A DNA stretch of 64,000 nucleotides, taken from NCBI GenBank assembly GCA_963809485.1, contig CAWEJX010000001.1, forward strand, positions 288,001-352,000. The letters are read 5' to 3'. Shown in pieces: positions 52,042 through 61,230 of the stretch (positions are counted from its first letter, which is position 1; every line of letters begins with the position of its first letter). Source of the stretch: an uncultured Acidobacteriota bacterium (GTDB taxonomy: Bacteria; Acidobacteriota; UBA6911). Below the pieces are notes generated by a model. The model ran no database searches. It was not told the origin of the DNA and was given only the letters and a program-made list of their open reading frames with translations. The position numbers and the translations under genes were made by a program.

Positions 52042-53501
52042 AACGCATTTCGATTGATCCCATTACAAGGCTTGAAGGGCATGGAAAGATAGACATCTTC
52101 CTCGCAGACGACGGAAGTGTAGCGAACTGCTACTTCCAGGTGCCCGAGCTGCGCGGATTCGAGAAGTTCGTAGAGGGGATGCCGATAGAGGAAGTCCCGC
52201 GGGTGGTGTCGCGGATCTGCGGCGTCTGACCGGCCTCACACCACCTGGCCTCGGGTAAGGCCGCAGATGCAGTCTACAAGGTCGATCCGCCTCCTGCAGC
52301 AAAAAAGCTCCGCGAGATGTACAACGCGGCAGCCTTCGTTCATAGCCACATCGCCCACTTCTATGCCCTCGCAGCACCGGACTTTGTCTTGGGTCCTGAT
52401 TCCGATCCCGCAAAACGCAACATTTTGGGTGTCGTTGAAAAAGTGGGCATACCGATAGCAGGCGAGGTTTTGAAACACCGCGCCATCGCCCAGGATATCC
52501 AGATTACGGTGGGGGGCAGGTCTACGCATCCCGTGTGGACTCTTCCCGGAGGAGTATCCAAGGGAATAACCGAAGAGCAGCGCAAAGAAATAATAGAAAA
52601 AGCAAAATCCTGCGTGGAGTTCTCAAAGTTCTCCCTGAAGCTGTTCGAAGACGTAGTGCTGAAGAACAAGGCCTACCTGGATATCATCCTGTCCGACATT
52701 TTCGAAATGGACAGCTACTGGATTGGCACTGTCGATTCAAAGAATTGCGTGAACTTCTACCATGGCGATCACAGAATAGTGGATCAAAAAGGCAAGGAAG
52801 TATTCCGGTACAAGGACCACGAGTATCTCGACTTCATCTCGGAGCGCGTGGAGAAATACAGCTATCTGAAATTCCCATATCTGAAAAAGATCGGCTGGCA
52901 GGGGTTTGTGGATGGGCCGTCTTCGGGTGTGTATATGGCAACTCCGCTGTCCAGGCTGAACGCAGCCGATGGCATGGCTACTCCATTGGCCCAGGAAGAG
53001 TATGAAAAAATGTACAGCACTCTGGGAGGCAAGCCCATAAAGAAGCTTATGGCGACGCACTGGGCCAGGCTTGTCGAATTGCTTTATGCAGCGGAAAGAC
53101 TGCTGGAACTGGCACAGGATCCGGAGACAGCTTCGCCCAACATCCGGACGCTTCCCACGGCAACGCCTGAAGAGGGCGTGGGAATCGTGGAGGCGATGCG
53201 CGGAATTCTCACCCATCATTACAAAACGGACAAGAACGGCCTTGTTACGGAAGCCAACCTGATCGTCGGCACGACCAACAACAATGCTCCGATCTCGATG
53301 TCCATCAAACGTGCCGCGCAGAAATTGATCCAGCCGGGCAAGGAAGTCGGACAGGGTCTGCTGAACATGGTCGAAATGGCCTTCCGGCTCTACGATCCCT
53401 GCTTCTCCTGCGCGACGCACTCGCTGCCCGGCCAGATGCCCTTAATCGTGGAAGTGATCAACGCCGACGGAAAAATCATTCATCGGGAGGGCCGGAACTA
53501 G
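52038..53501 (+). CDS. mvhA: Group 3c [NiFe]-hydrogenase large subunit with in-frame UGA (probable selenocysteine)
   Basis: ORFs 52038-52229 and 52317-53501 are in one frame, joined by a single TGA (52227-52229) in RICGV*PASHHLAS. Also TRLEGHG and DPCFSCATH plus a cleavable C-terminal tail. Confidence 0.9.
52245..52266 (+). promoter_or_regulatory. Bacterial SECIS-like hairpin
   Basis: Stem GGCCT/AGGCC with G-rich loop CGGGTA, 22 nt after the UGA. Confidence 0.6.
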
Positions 53502-53661
53502 CGGGCGCAGAGGACCTCCGCCAGGTTGAACGGTTGCACCTTGAACGTTGAAAGAACACCCTGGGTCCACAAGGCGACATGGAAAACCTTTGAGCTCGGA
53601 TACGAACAATCCCGGTCCCGACACCTTGAAATCTGCACGCATTGGCGGGGCGACAAAAACC

Positions 53662-54165
53662 ATGAAGGTCCGCATTATCGGTCTGGGCAACTCGATACTC
53701 ACCGACGACGGCGTTGGCATCTACACCGCCCGCGAGGTGGCAAGACGTCTATCCGCGGCCGGCCTCCGGGACCGCGTGGACATTGTGGAATCGGAAGTGG
53801 CAGGGTTTGCCCTTATGGAACTGATGGCCGGTTGGGATCGCATCATTCTGATCGATTCCGTCCAATTCGAGGGATTGGAATCCGGCACAGTGATCCGTAT
53901 CGCGCCCGAAGATCTTCACACGTCCCTGCGACTGCGTTCCGTGCACGACATCGATCTGCCGACAGCGCTTGAACTGGCCCGACGGATGGGAATCGCCATG
54001 CCCCGCGATCTCATGATTTTCGGCATTCAGGCGGAGGACTGGCTGACGCTCGGCGAATCCCTGACCGATGCGGCAGAACGCGGCATGAAGACAGCCGCAG
54101 ACCTCGTCCTTTCCGAACTGGATCGGGAAGGAGCAATGAATCCGAGATCCGAAATTCGGAACTGA
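53662..54165 (+). CDS. Hydrogenase maturation protease
   Basis: IGLGNSILTDDGVG, ILIDS, SVHD; follows mvhA. Confidence 0.92.
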   Translation: MKVRIIGLGNSILTDDGVGIYTAREVARRLSAAGLRDRVDIVESEVAGFALMELMAGWDRIILIDSVQFEGLESGTVIRIAPEDLHTSLRLRSVHDIDLPTALELARRMGIAMPRDLMIFGIQAEDWLTLGESLTDAAERGMKTAADLVLSELDREGAMNPRSEIRN

Positions 54166-54270
54166 GTGCGGCAATTTAGGGACTGCGGAGATCGGCCCGG
54201 CGGCAAGCGCCTCCAGGCCGATGCGAAGCCCCAACTCTCGAATCGCGCATTTTTAGTCCGGGTGCCGACC

Positions 54271-56265
54271 ATGGTTGCCAGCGACAACATAATCCGATCC
54301 AGCATCAAGGCTCGCCTCATCAAAGTCTTTACCCTCGCCATTCTGATTCCTTCCGTGGTTACCGCCGTCGTTGGCGTATTGATGATCCGCAAACAGGTCA
54401 ATGTCCAGGCTCAGGCCCGGGTCACATCGGATCTGGAGGCGGCCAAGGAGATCTATCAGAACTACCTGGAACGTCTCAAAGATTCCTTGCGGATCCATGC
54501 CACCCGGATGATCGTTTACGGGGCCCTTGAACGGAGGGACCCGTCCGCGCTCGATGCCGAAATGAAGCGGATTCTGAAGGCCGAGCGGCTGGACATCCTC
54601 ACCCTGACGGATGCATCCGGAAATGTGTTCTACCGCACCCGCAATCCTTCCCTCGTGGGCGACGATGACCGCGGGGACATTTTCGTAAAGCACGTGCTGC
54701 GAAATAAGCAGCCGGCTTCGAGTACGGACACGATCCCCCGGAGTGAACTCCTCAAGGAATCGCCGGAGCTGGCAGACCAGGCATCCATGGACATCACGCC
54801 GACCCGGATGGCCGGCCCCTCCGCAAAAACACGGATCCAATCGGGCATGGTGCTGAAAGCCGCCGCACCCGTGTTTACGGCAAGCGGGCGATTTGTCGGG
54901 GTTCTTGTCGGCGGGATCCTTTTGAACAGAGATTACGAGATTGTCGACAGAATACAGACGACCGTATTCAAGGGAGAGTCCTACAAAGGCCAGCCCGTGG
55001 GGACCGCCACGATTTTCCAGGACGACGTCCGGATTTCCACCAATGTCAGGAATGTCGACGGCAGCCGTGCCATCACAACGATTGTCTCCGCCGAAGTTGC
55101 GGACGCAGTCCTGGGACGGGGGGACACCTGGCGCAGCAGGGCGTTCGTGGTGAACGACTGGTACATATCGGCATACACGCCAATCCGTAATCTGGCCGAC
55201 AAAACCATCGGGATGCTTTATGTGGGCATCCTCGAACGGCCTTACAACGACACCCTCTGGAAAAACCTTTCCGTGTTTCTCGGCATCACGCTCCTGGCCA
55301 TGGGTTTGATCAGTGTCGTTGCCATGGTTGTGGCTTATCAGATCTCCCGCCCGATTCGTGCCATGGCCGACGCTGCGAAGAAAATAGCCGAGGGAGACTA
55401 TTCTCAAAAAGTTGAAGTGTCGTCCGACGACGAAATCGGATTTTTGGCGAATAACTTCAACAATATGGTTTCCGAGCTCGTAGGAGCGCATCAGGAACTC
55501 AAGGAGTGGGGCGAAACACTGGAGCGCAAGGTAGAGAAAAGAACAGCCGAGCTGAAAGCAATGCAGGCCCACTTGATTCAATCGGAAAAGCTGGCTGGCG
55601 TCGGGAAGCTGGCTGCCGGCGTCGCCCACGAAATCAACAATCCCCTCACCTGCGTCCTCACCAACACGAGTTTGATGCTGGCGGATCTTCCTCCGGAAGA
55701 TCCCCGGCGCGAAGACCTGCAAACCGTTGTGGATGAAACCTTGCGTTGCCGCAAGATCGTCAAGGGCCTGCTGGATTTCGCCCGGCAGACAAAACCGCAG
55801 AAACAGTCCCTGGACCTCAATAAGGTGGCGGACGATGTTCTCAGCCTGGTTCGGAACCAGGCCTCGTTCCAGAACATAACGATTCGCACGGAGCTGGATC
55901 CGGGGATTCCCACGGTCCTGGCCGATGCGGACCAGATGCGGCAGGTGGTTCTCAATATCATTCTGAATGCAGCCGATGCGATGCCGCAAGGCGGCAATCT
56001 CCGAATCCGAACATGCCAGGAGCCCGGATCCACCAGGGTAATGCTGAAAATCTCCGACACTGGACCGGGAATCCCGGCAGAGATCCAGGACAAACTGTTT
56101 GAACCCTTTTTCACAACAAAAAAGACCGGGACCGGACTGGGACTGGCCATCGCTTACGGAATCATGGAACGGCACAAGGGAGAGCTCAAACTGGAGAGTT
56201 CGCTGGGCCATGGCACCACGGTAAGCGTGATTCTGCCCACCGATGTCCAGGCGATTGATGATTAG
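54271..56265 (+). CDS. Cache-HAMP sensor histidine kinase
   Basis: Two TM segments flank a Cache domain (ATIFQDDVRISTNV); HAMP, AHEINNPL, N box, DTGPGI, PFFTTK, GTGLGL. Confidence 0.93.
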   Translation: MVASDNIIRSSIKARLIKVFTLAILIPSVVTAVVGVLMIRKQVNVQAQARVTSDLEAAKEIYQNYLERLKDSLRIHATRMIVYGALERRDPSALDAEMKRILKAERLDILTLTDASGNVFYRTRNPSLVGDDDRGDIFVKHVLRNKQPASSTDTIPRSELLKESPELADQASMDITPTRMAGPSAKTRIQSGMVLKAAAPVFTASGRFVGVLVGGILLNRDYEIVDRIQTTVFKGESYKGQPVGTATIFQDDVRISTNVRNVDGSRAITTIVSAEVADAVLGRGDTWRSRAFVVNDWYISAYTPIRNLADKTIGMLYVGILERPYNDTLWKNLSVFLGITLLAMGLISVVAMVVAYQISRPIRAMADAAKKIAEGDYSQKVEVSSDDEIGFLANNFNNMVSELVGAHQELKEWGETLERKVEKRTAELKAMQAHLIQSEKLAGVGKLAAGVAHEINNPLTCVLTNTSLMLADLPPEDPRREDLQTVVDETLRCRKIVKGLLDFARQTKPQKQSLDLNKVADDVLSLVRNQASFQNITIRTELDPGIPTVLADADQMRQVVLNIILNAADAMPQGGNLRIRTCQEPGSTRVMLKISDTGPGIPAEIQDKLFEPFFTTKKTGTGLGLAIAYGIMERHKGELKLESSLGHGTTVSVILPTDVQAIDD

Positions 56266-57673
56266 TATGGATGCGCCGAAAGCCCTTGTAGTCGACGACG
56301 AGCCCGCAATCTGCAGATCCTGTGAAAAGATCCTGTCCCGCGAGGGCTACCTGGTAAAAATCGCCTACTCCGGCAAACAGGCAATCCACCTGCTCGAGCA
56401 GGAGCCCTTCGACATTATTTTCACCGACCTGAAAATGGCTGAAATGGGCGGCATGGAATTGCTGGAAACGCTGCGTTCACGCTTTCCCGATGTCGTGCCG
56501 GTGGTTATCACCGGCTACGCCACGATCGCTTCCGCAGTCGAAACAATGAAGATGGGCGCATTCGACTATCTTCCCAAGCCTTTTACTCCCGATGAGATGG
56601 CGGCTGTAGCGAAAAAAGCCTGGGACAAGAGGCAGAACCTGATTGAAAGCCGGGCCATCGCCCACGGGGAAATGCTTCCCGAATTCTGCGGCATTGTGGG
56701 AAAAAGCCCGAAAATCCAGGAAATCTTCCGAATGATCCGCAAAGTTGCGCCCACCTCCAGCACGGTATTGATTGTGGGAGAAACCGGCACGGGCAAAGAG
56801 CTTGTGGCACGGGCGATTCATGCATCAAGCCCGAGGAGCGAGCACCGGTTCTGCGCGGTCGATTGCGGGACCCTTTCCGTCGAGCTCCTCGAAAGCGAGT
56901 TGTTCGGCCATGTCAAGGGAGCGTTCACAGGGGCAGTCGCGAACAAGCAGGGGATCTTTGAAGCAGCCGATGAGGGGACGGTATTCCTGGACGAAATCTG
57001 CAACATTAACCTGGAGATCCAGGGCAAACTGCTGCGCTTCATTCAGGAGCGGGAATTCCTGCCGGTAGGGGGTACGGAAACCAAGCATGTGGACATCCGG
57101 CTGATTTTCGCAACCAACCGGGACCTGGAAAAAATGGTGGCGGAGGGCACATTCCGGGAAGATCTCTATTACAGGCTCTATGTCTATCCGATCCAGCTCC
57201 CTCCGTTGAGAGAGCGCCGGGAGGACATCCCGGTGCTGGCCTATCACCTGCTTTCAAAAATGCAGGCCCAGGACGAAAAAAGAGTGGCGACCATATCCGA
57301 AGCCGCTCTCAAGGTGATCGAGCGTTACGACTGGCCGGGCAACATCCGCCAGCTCGAAAGCACTATTGAGAGAGCCGTCATCACGTGCGAAGGGACTGTA
57401 ATCGAGCCGCACCACCTTCCCCTGGCCGTTACGCGGGCGGGGCTGCCCGAATCCTATCCGGTGCCTCAAAACAACAGGGAGTTTCTTGCGCTGAAGAAAA
57501 AACTGCGGGAGCAGGCAATCGGCGAACTGGAGCGGGAATTCGTTCTCGAGGCTCTGCAGAGGAACGAATGGAACGTCACGCGGGCGGCACAGGAGGTAGA
57601 CATCCAGCGGCCGAACTTCCAGGCGCTGATGCGCAAACACGGGATCCGGTCGGGACGTACCGATTCGGAGTAG
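56258..57673 (+). CDS. Sigma-54-dependent response regulator (NtrC family)
   Basis: Receiver domain, GETGTGKE, ESELFGHVKGAFTGA, FLDEI, WPGNIRQL, C-terminal HTH. Confidence 0.96.
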   Translation: MISMDAPKALVVDDEPAICRSCEKILSREGYLVKIAYSGKQAIHLLEQEPFDIIFTDLKMAEMGGMELLETLRSRFPDVVPVVITGYATIASAVETMKMGAFDYLPKPFTPDEMAAVAKKAWDKRQNLIESRAIAHGEMLPEFCGIVGKSPKIQEIFRMIRKVAPTSSTVLIVGETGTGKELVARAIHASSPRSEHRFCAVDCGTLSVELLESELFGHVKGAFTGAVANKQGIFEAADEGTVFLDEICNINLEIQGKLLRFIQEREFLPVGGTETKHVDIRLIFATNRDLEKMVAEGTFREDLYYRLYVYPIQLPPLRERREDIPVLAYHLLSKMQAQDEKRVATISEAALKVIERYDWPGNIRQLESTIERAVITCEGTVIEPHHLPLAVTRAGLPESYPVPQNNREFLALKKKLREQAIGELEREFVLEALQRNEWNVTRAAQEVDIQRPNFQALMRKHGIRSGRTDSE

Positions 57674-57688
57674 GGAATCCTCCCGGTG

Positions 57689-58091
57689 AGTCAGGTACCT
57701 CCCGCAAAGCCGGAGACTTGAAGGATTTGAACCGCTCAAAGCGGTTGGACTAGTTACGCCGGTCTTGAACGCTGACTTACGTGGGCAAAAGCCGATGAGG
57801 CGCTTCCGATCCCCGCAGGGGCCAGCGCTCCGCGCTGGACAGTTTTCTGCGGCGGCACTGTGGCAAGCGCCGTGCGGCAAGGAGATGAAGGGTATGAGAA
57901 ACCGGGCGTTTGCCACAGTGCCGCCGCAGAAAACTCCATCGGAAGCGCCTCATCGGCTTTTGCTCGCCGACCCTCGCCGAACAAATCGGCGTTTGTCAGC
58001 GCTTTTTTCAGCGTTTCTCAGCGTTTCAAAATACGGAGCTGTCAAACTCTTTGAGTCCCCCGGCAGAGCCGGGGGATTACCAATGTAATTA
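57689..58091. mobile_element. Non-autonomous IS200/IS605-like element, copy 3
   Basis: Direct repeat of 24564-24966, starting 15 bp after the NtrC-family stop codon. Confidence 0.8.
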
Positions 58092-58289
58092 CGCGAGTTG
58101 ATCCATCCGATCCGCGCACATGCTGATTTGGCTTTCGCAGAATTCGCCTGAATTCGCAGGGAAATGCAGAGCGGCACACGGCTCAATGAATCCCGGTTGT
58201 CGGCCTGCGACCTCAAACCTGCGACCCTTAGTCAACAGCATCTGCGCCCGCCAGCGCCGCCTCAGAAAAGAGTGTTGAGAAATCCCGAG

Positions 58290-58775
58290 TTAAGCGAGCT
58301 TTGATCCGCATTGACCGCAAAAGGAACCTGCGACTGCGGGGGCGCCGCACTGAGGGCAGAAACGGCTTGCCGCCGGAGCGGCAGCCTCCGGTTGGGGAGG
58401 CGCATTGGCGGCCTCTCCCGCAGCGGCGTCCGGTGCTTTAGCAGCCTTATCCTCAGCCCTGATGGCCTCAATCTCGGCCCTTTTCTTTGCTATCTCGGCT
58501 TCAGCCGAGGAAATCTGCTGCTCGACACCGGTGATCTGATCGAGCAGCGCCTTCATCTCCGGTGAGTCCAGGGTTTCGGCACGCAGCATTGCGATGGCCA
58601 TTTCGCCGATATTCAGCTTGCTCTGCTGGATCTGGCCCTTGTATTCGCCGATCGTCTTTTCAAAATCGCCGATCTGGCCGTTGATTTTCTGGATCCGCAT
58701 AAATTGATCCACTTCCTTCTTACCGCGATCCACCACATCGCCAACCGCTTTGGTTACACGATCCAGTATCGACAT
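58290..58775 (-). CDS. Coiled-coil protein with C-terminal zinc ribbon
   Basis: GGAGG RBS before ATG 58775; MSILDRVTKAVGD..; FCPQCG..FCGQCG. Confidence 0.82.
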   Translation of the reverse strand: MSILDRVTKAVGDVVDRGKKEVDQFMRIQKINGQIGDFEKTIGEYKGQIQQSKLNIGEMAIAMLRAETLDSPEMKALLDQITGVEQQISSAEAEIAKKRAEIEAIRAEDKAAKAPDAAAGEAANAPPQPEAAAPAASRFCPQCGAPAVAGSFCGQCGSKLA

Positions 58776-58874
58776 CCCACACCTCCTTGTGGGGAATACA
58801 ATACCACGAGATGCACGGCAGCGGATGTCAGACTCTTCTCGCTTTCTAACCTGCTTCCGTGGATAATTGAGATT

Positions 58875-59390
58875 ATGGCATGGGGGGTTAACGACTCTTC
58901 CGGACTGGAAATGCCGCCGGGACAGGGCACGATCCGAATCGATCCGGAAGGGGCATGGTCCTACAAAGGCGTGGAAATTCCGCGGCGCGACCTCATTGCG
59001 TACTTTTACCGGAACCTTCGCCGGGATGAATCCGGACACTACTTCATCGAGATCGGTCGGCAGCGCTGCGACCTGGATGTAGACGATACGGCGTATGTTG
59101 TCTGGGCCGTCCATCGGGACAACAGCCGCGGCGCCGGGGAATCCATCCGGCTGCACCTCTCAGACGACAGCTTCGAGGATCTGGATCCGGGCACGCTCCG
59201 GATTGGACAGGATAATGTCCTTTATTGCAGGGTCAAGCAGTTACTTTTTGAAGCCCGCTTTTCCAGATCCGGCTACTACCAGATCGTCCAACATATCCAA
59301 TATGACCCGGATCGCGATGCCTGTTTTCTTTCGCTCGGCGGACAACGACACTACATCGTCGACAGCGCGCTGGGATTGACCGCGGATTGA
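58875..59390 (+). CDS. DUF1285-like protein
   Basis: IRIDPEGAWSYKG, VDDTAYVV, LYCRVK..ARFSRSGYYQ. Start is uncertain. Confidence 0.75.
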   Translation: MAWGVNDSSGLEMPPGQGTIRIDPEGAWSYKGVEIPRRDLIAYFYRNLRRDESGHYFIEIGRQRCDLDVDDTAYVVWAVHRDNSRGAGESIRLHLSDDSFEDLDPGTLRIGQDNVLYCRVKQLLFEARFSRSGYYQIVQHIQYDPDRDACFLSLGGQRHYIVDSALGLTAD

Positions 59391-59459
59391 GGCACTGGGA
59401 TCCGCCCGGAATGCCGCTACGGGCTGCAGTTACATCCAGGCCGGTTGTGGAAATTGCGT

Positions 59460-59915
59460 CTAACGTCGCGAAGCAAAGAAAGCCTTCAGTATCTGTCCGC
59501 ACTCCTCCTCGAGTATCCCCGGAGTCACCCGGATCCTGTGATTCAGCCAAGAAGAGTCCGCGAGCCGGAAACAGGACTGTATCGCGCCGGCTTTGGGATC
59601 GGCAGCCCCGAAGATGATCTCTTCCACGCGGGCATGGATCAGGGCCCCGACACACATGACGCACGGCTCGACCGTGACGATCAGGACCGAGCCCGGAAGC
59701 CTGTAATTCAGGCTGTTATGGCAGCCCTGGCGCAGGGCGACGATTTCCGCGTGAGCCGTTGGATCATTCAGCCGGATAGAGCTGTTATGACCGCGGCCGA
59801 CAATCTTCTCATTCACCAGAAGCACAGCGCCCACTGGAACTTCTCCCTCGACTTCGGCATTACGCGCCTCTGACAGAGCTTCCCGCATCCAGCATTTTGC
59901 CGTTTCCAAATCCAT
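59460..59915 (-). CDS. tadA: tRNA-specific adenosine deaminase
   Basis: EVPVGAV, DPTAHAEI, EPCVMCVGA, DPKAGA, FFASRR. Confidence 0.95.
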   Translation of the reverse strand: MDLETAKCWMREALSEARNAEVEGEVPVGAVLLVNEKIVGRGHNSSIRLNDPTAHAEIVALRQGCHNSLNYRLPGSVLIVTVEPCVMCVGALIHARVEEIIFGAADPKAGAIQSCFRLADSSWLNHRIRVTPGILEEECGQILKAFFASRR

Positions 59916-60170
59916 GGAATCCCCCAAGGGCATTCATCGCCCGGAACCGGATAGCCACATTTCCCAGGCTTTCTGCTTCAGCACCGGATCCGGGCCGGCT
60001 TGCAGTGTTCAAGGCGCCAGCCTGCAACGGACAGGTCCTGAAATGTTTGTGCCGCCTCGCCGCGAAAATATTTATGCAGAGCGATCCACCCAATGATTTC
60101 ACAAATTTCGCGGAGATTATCAACGGATTTTTGTGAAATCTGCAAGATATATGTTCCATTATCGAATACA

Positions 60171-61175
60171 ATGCGCGACATGGCTGTTCCCAGAACAATG
60201 TTGAGTTTTTTCAAGCTTGCCCTCACCCTGCTGCTTCTGTTTCTCGTTTTCCGCTCCGTCGATATTTCCAGGATCCGCGGGGATCTGCATGCATACGACC
60301 GCGTATCGTTGCTCCTGCTCCTGGTTCTTCTTTGGGCGGGCCAGCTTGTCTGTTCGGAGCGCTGGCGCATCTTTGCCGCATCCTTTCAAATGCGGGGAAG
60401 CTATCTGAGTTTCGTCCAGATGTATTTCACCGGTATGTTTTTTAACATAGGGCTACCCTCACTTATCGGGGGGGATGCGGTTAAAGCTTACATCGTCAGC
60501 AAAAAACACGGCCGGCCTCTGCAGGCAGGATTGGTTTCCGTCCTGCAGGACAGGGCCGTGGGACTGGTTTCGCTTCTCTTTTACGGAACTCTGGCGATCC
60601 TGTTTTGCCCGATCCGGTGGAGAGGCTTCCCTTTGTGGATGGCCTATTTTTTTTCCTGGGCAGCTTTCGGCATCTGTATCTGGGCGGTTTTGAAAGGCGA
60701 AAAATGGCACTCCCGGCTTGTCAAGCAGGGCCGTTCGACCCCCCTGCAGAATATGCTTCAAACCGTCGCGGGATTTCATCGGGATCTGGGGACCTGCCGC
60801 CTGCGGCCGGCTGAAATTTCCTGGATTTCTTTTTATTCATTGCTGAACTCGGCTTTGGTTTTGTGGATCTTCCGGCAGGTGACCGTAGCGGCGGGTCACG
60901 AGGTGCCTATCGTTAGTTTTTCGGCGCTGTATCCGCTCGTCACGCTCGCAACCATGCTCCCTATAACACTCGGCGGGCTGGGCGTGCGCGAGTGGTTTTA
61001 TGTCGAAGCACTGTCTCTCGTGGGAATCCCGGGAGCCCCTGCTCTGGTAATTTCTCTTGCCACATCGGCGCTGATTCTGCTATGCAATCTTGCCGGCTTG
61101 TTTTTTTTGCCCGGCATCCCGATCGATTTTCGGCTTCGGGCCGGGAATCCATCGACGGATAGCGGCCGCCCTTGA
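60171..61175 (+). CDS. Lysylphosphatidylglycerol synthase TM-region (flippase-like) protein
   Basis: ERW, FFNIGLPSLIGGD, LPITLGGLGVRE; multiple TM segments. Confidence 0.88.
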   Translation: MRDMAVPRTMLSFFKLALTLLLLFLVFRSVDISRIRGDLHAYDRVSLLLLLVLLWAGQLVCSERWRIFAASFQMRGSYLSFVQMYFTGMFFNIGLPSLIGGDAVKAYIVSKKHGRPLQAGLVSVLQDRAVGLVSLLFYGTLAILFCPIRWRGFPLWMAYFFSWAAFGICIWAVLKGEKWHSRLVKQGRSTPLQNMLQTVAGFHRDLGTCRLRPAEISWISFYSLLNSALVLWIFRQVTVAAGHEVPIVSFSALYPLVTLATMLPITLGGLGVREWFYVEALSLVGIPGAPALVISLATSALILLCNLAGLFFLPGIPIDFRLRAGNPSTDSGRP

Positions 61176-61230
61176 GAGGACAGGGCATCGAATGTCCTGG
61201 GAGTGATATAATTTGAAAAACAGGTTTACT

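Noticed and set aside
52038-53501. mvhA as a pseudogene or as two separate genes
   Set aside because: The only interruption is one TGA exactly at a conserved Cys, followed by a SECIS-like hairpin, and the rest of the gene and operon are intact.
54253-56211. Long antisense ORFs (652 aa here; also 48817-50187, 47468-48733, 41753-43057, 38001-39194, 14998-16056)
   Set aside because: These are shadow frames opposite well-supported genes in GC-rich DNA and carry no recognisable motifs.
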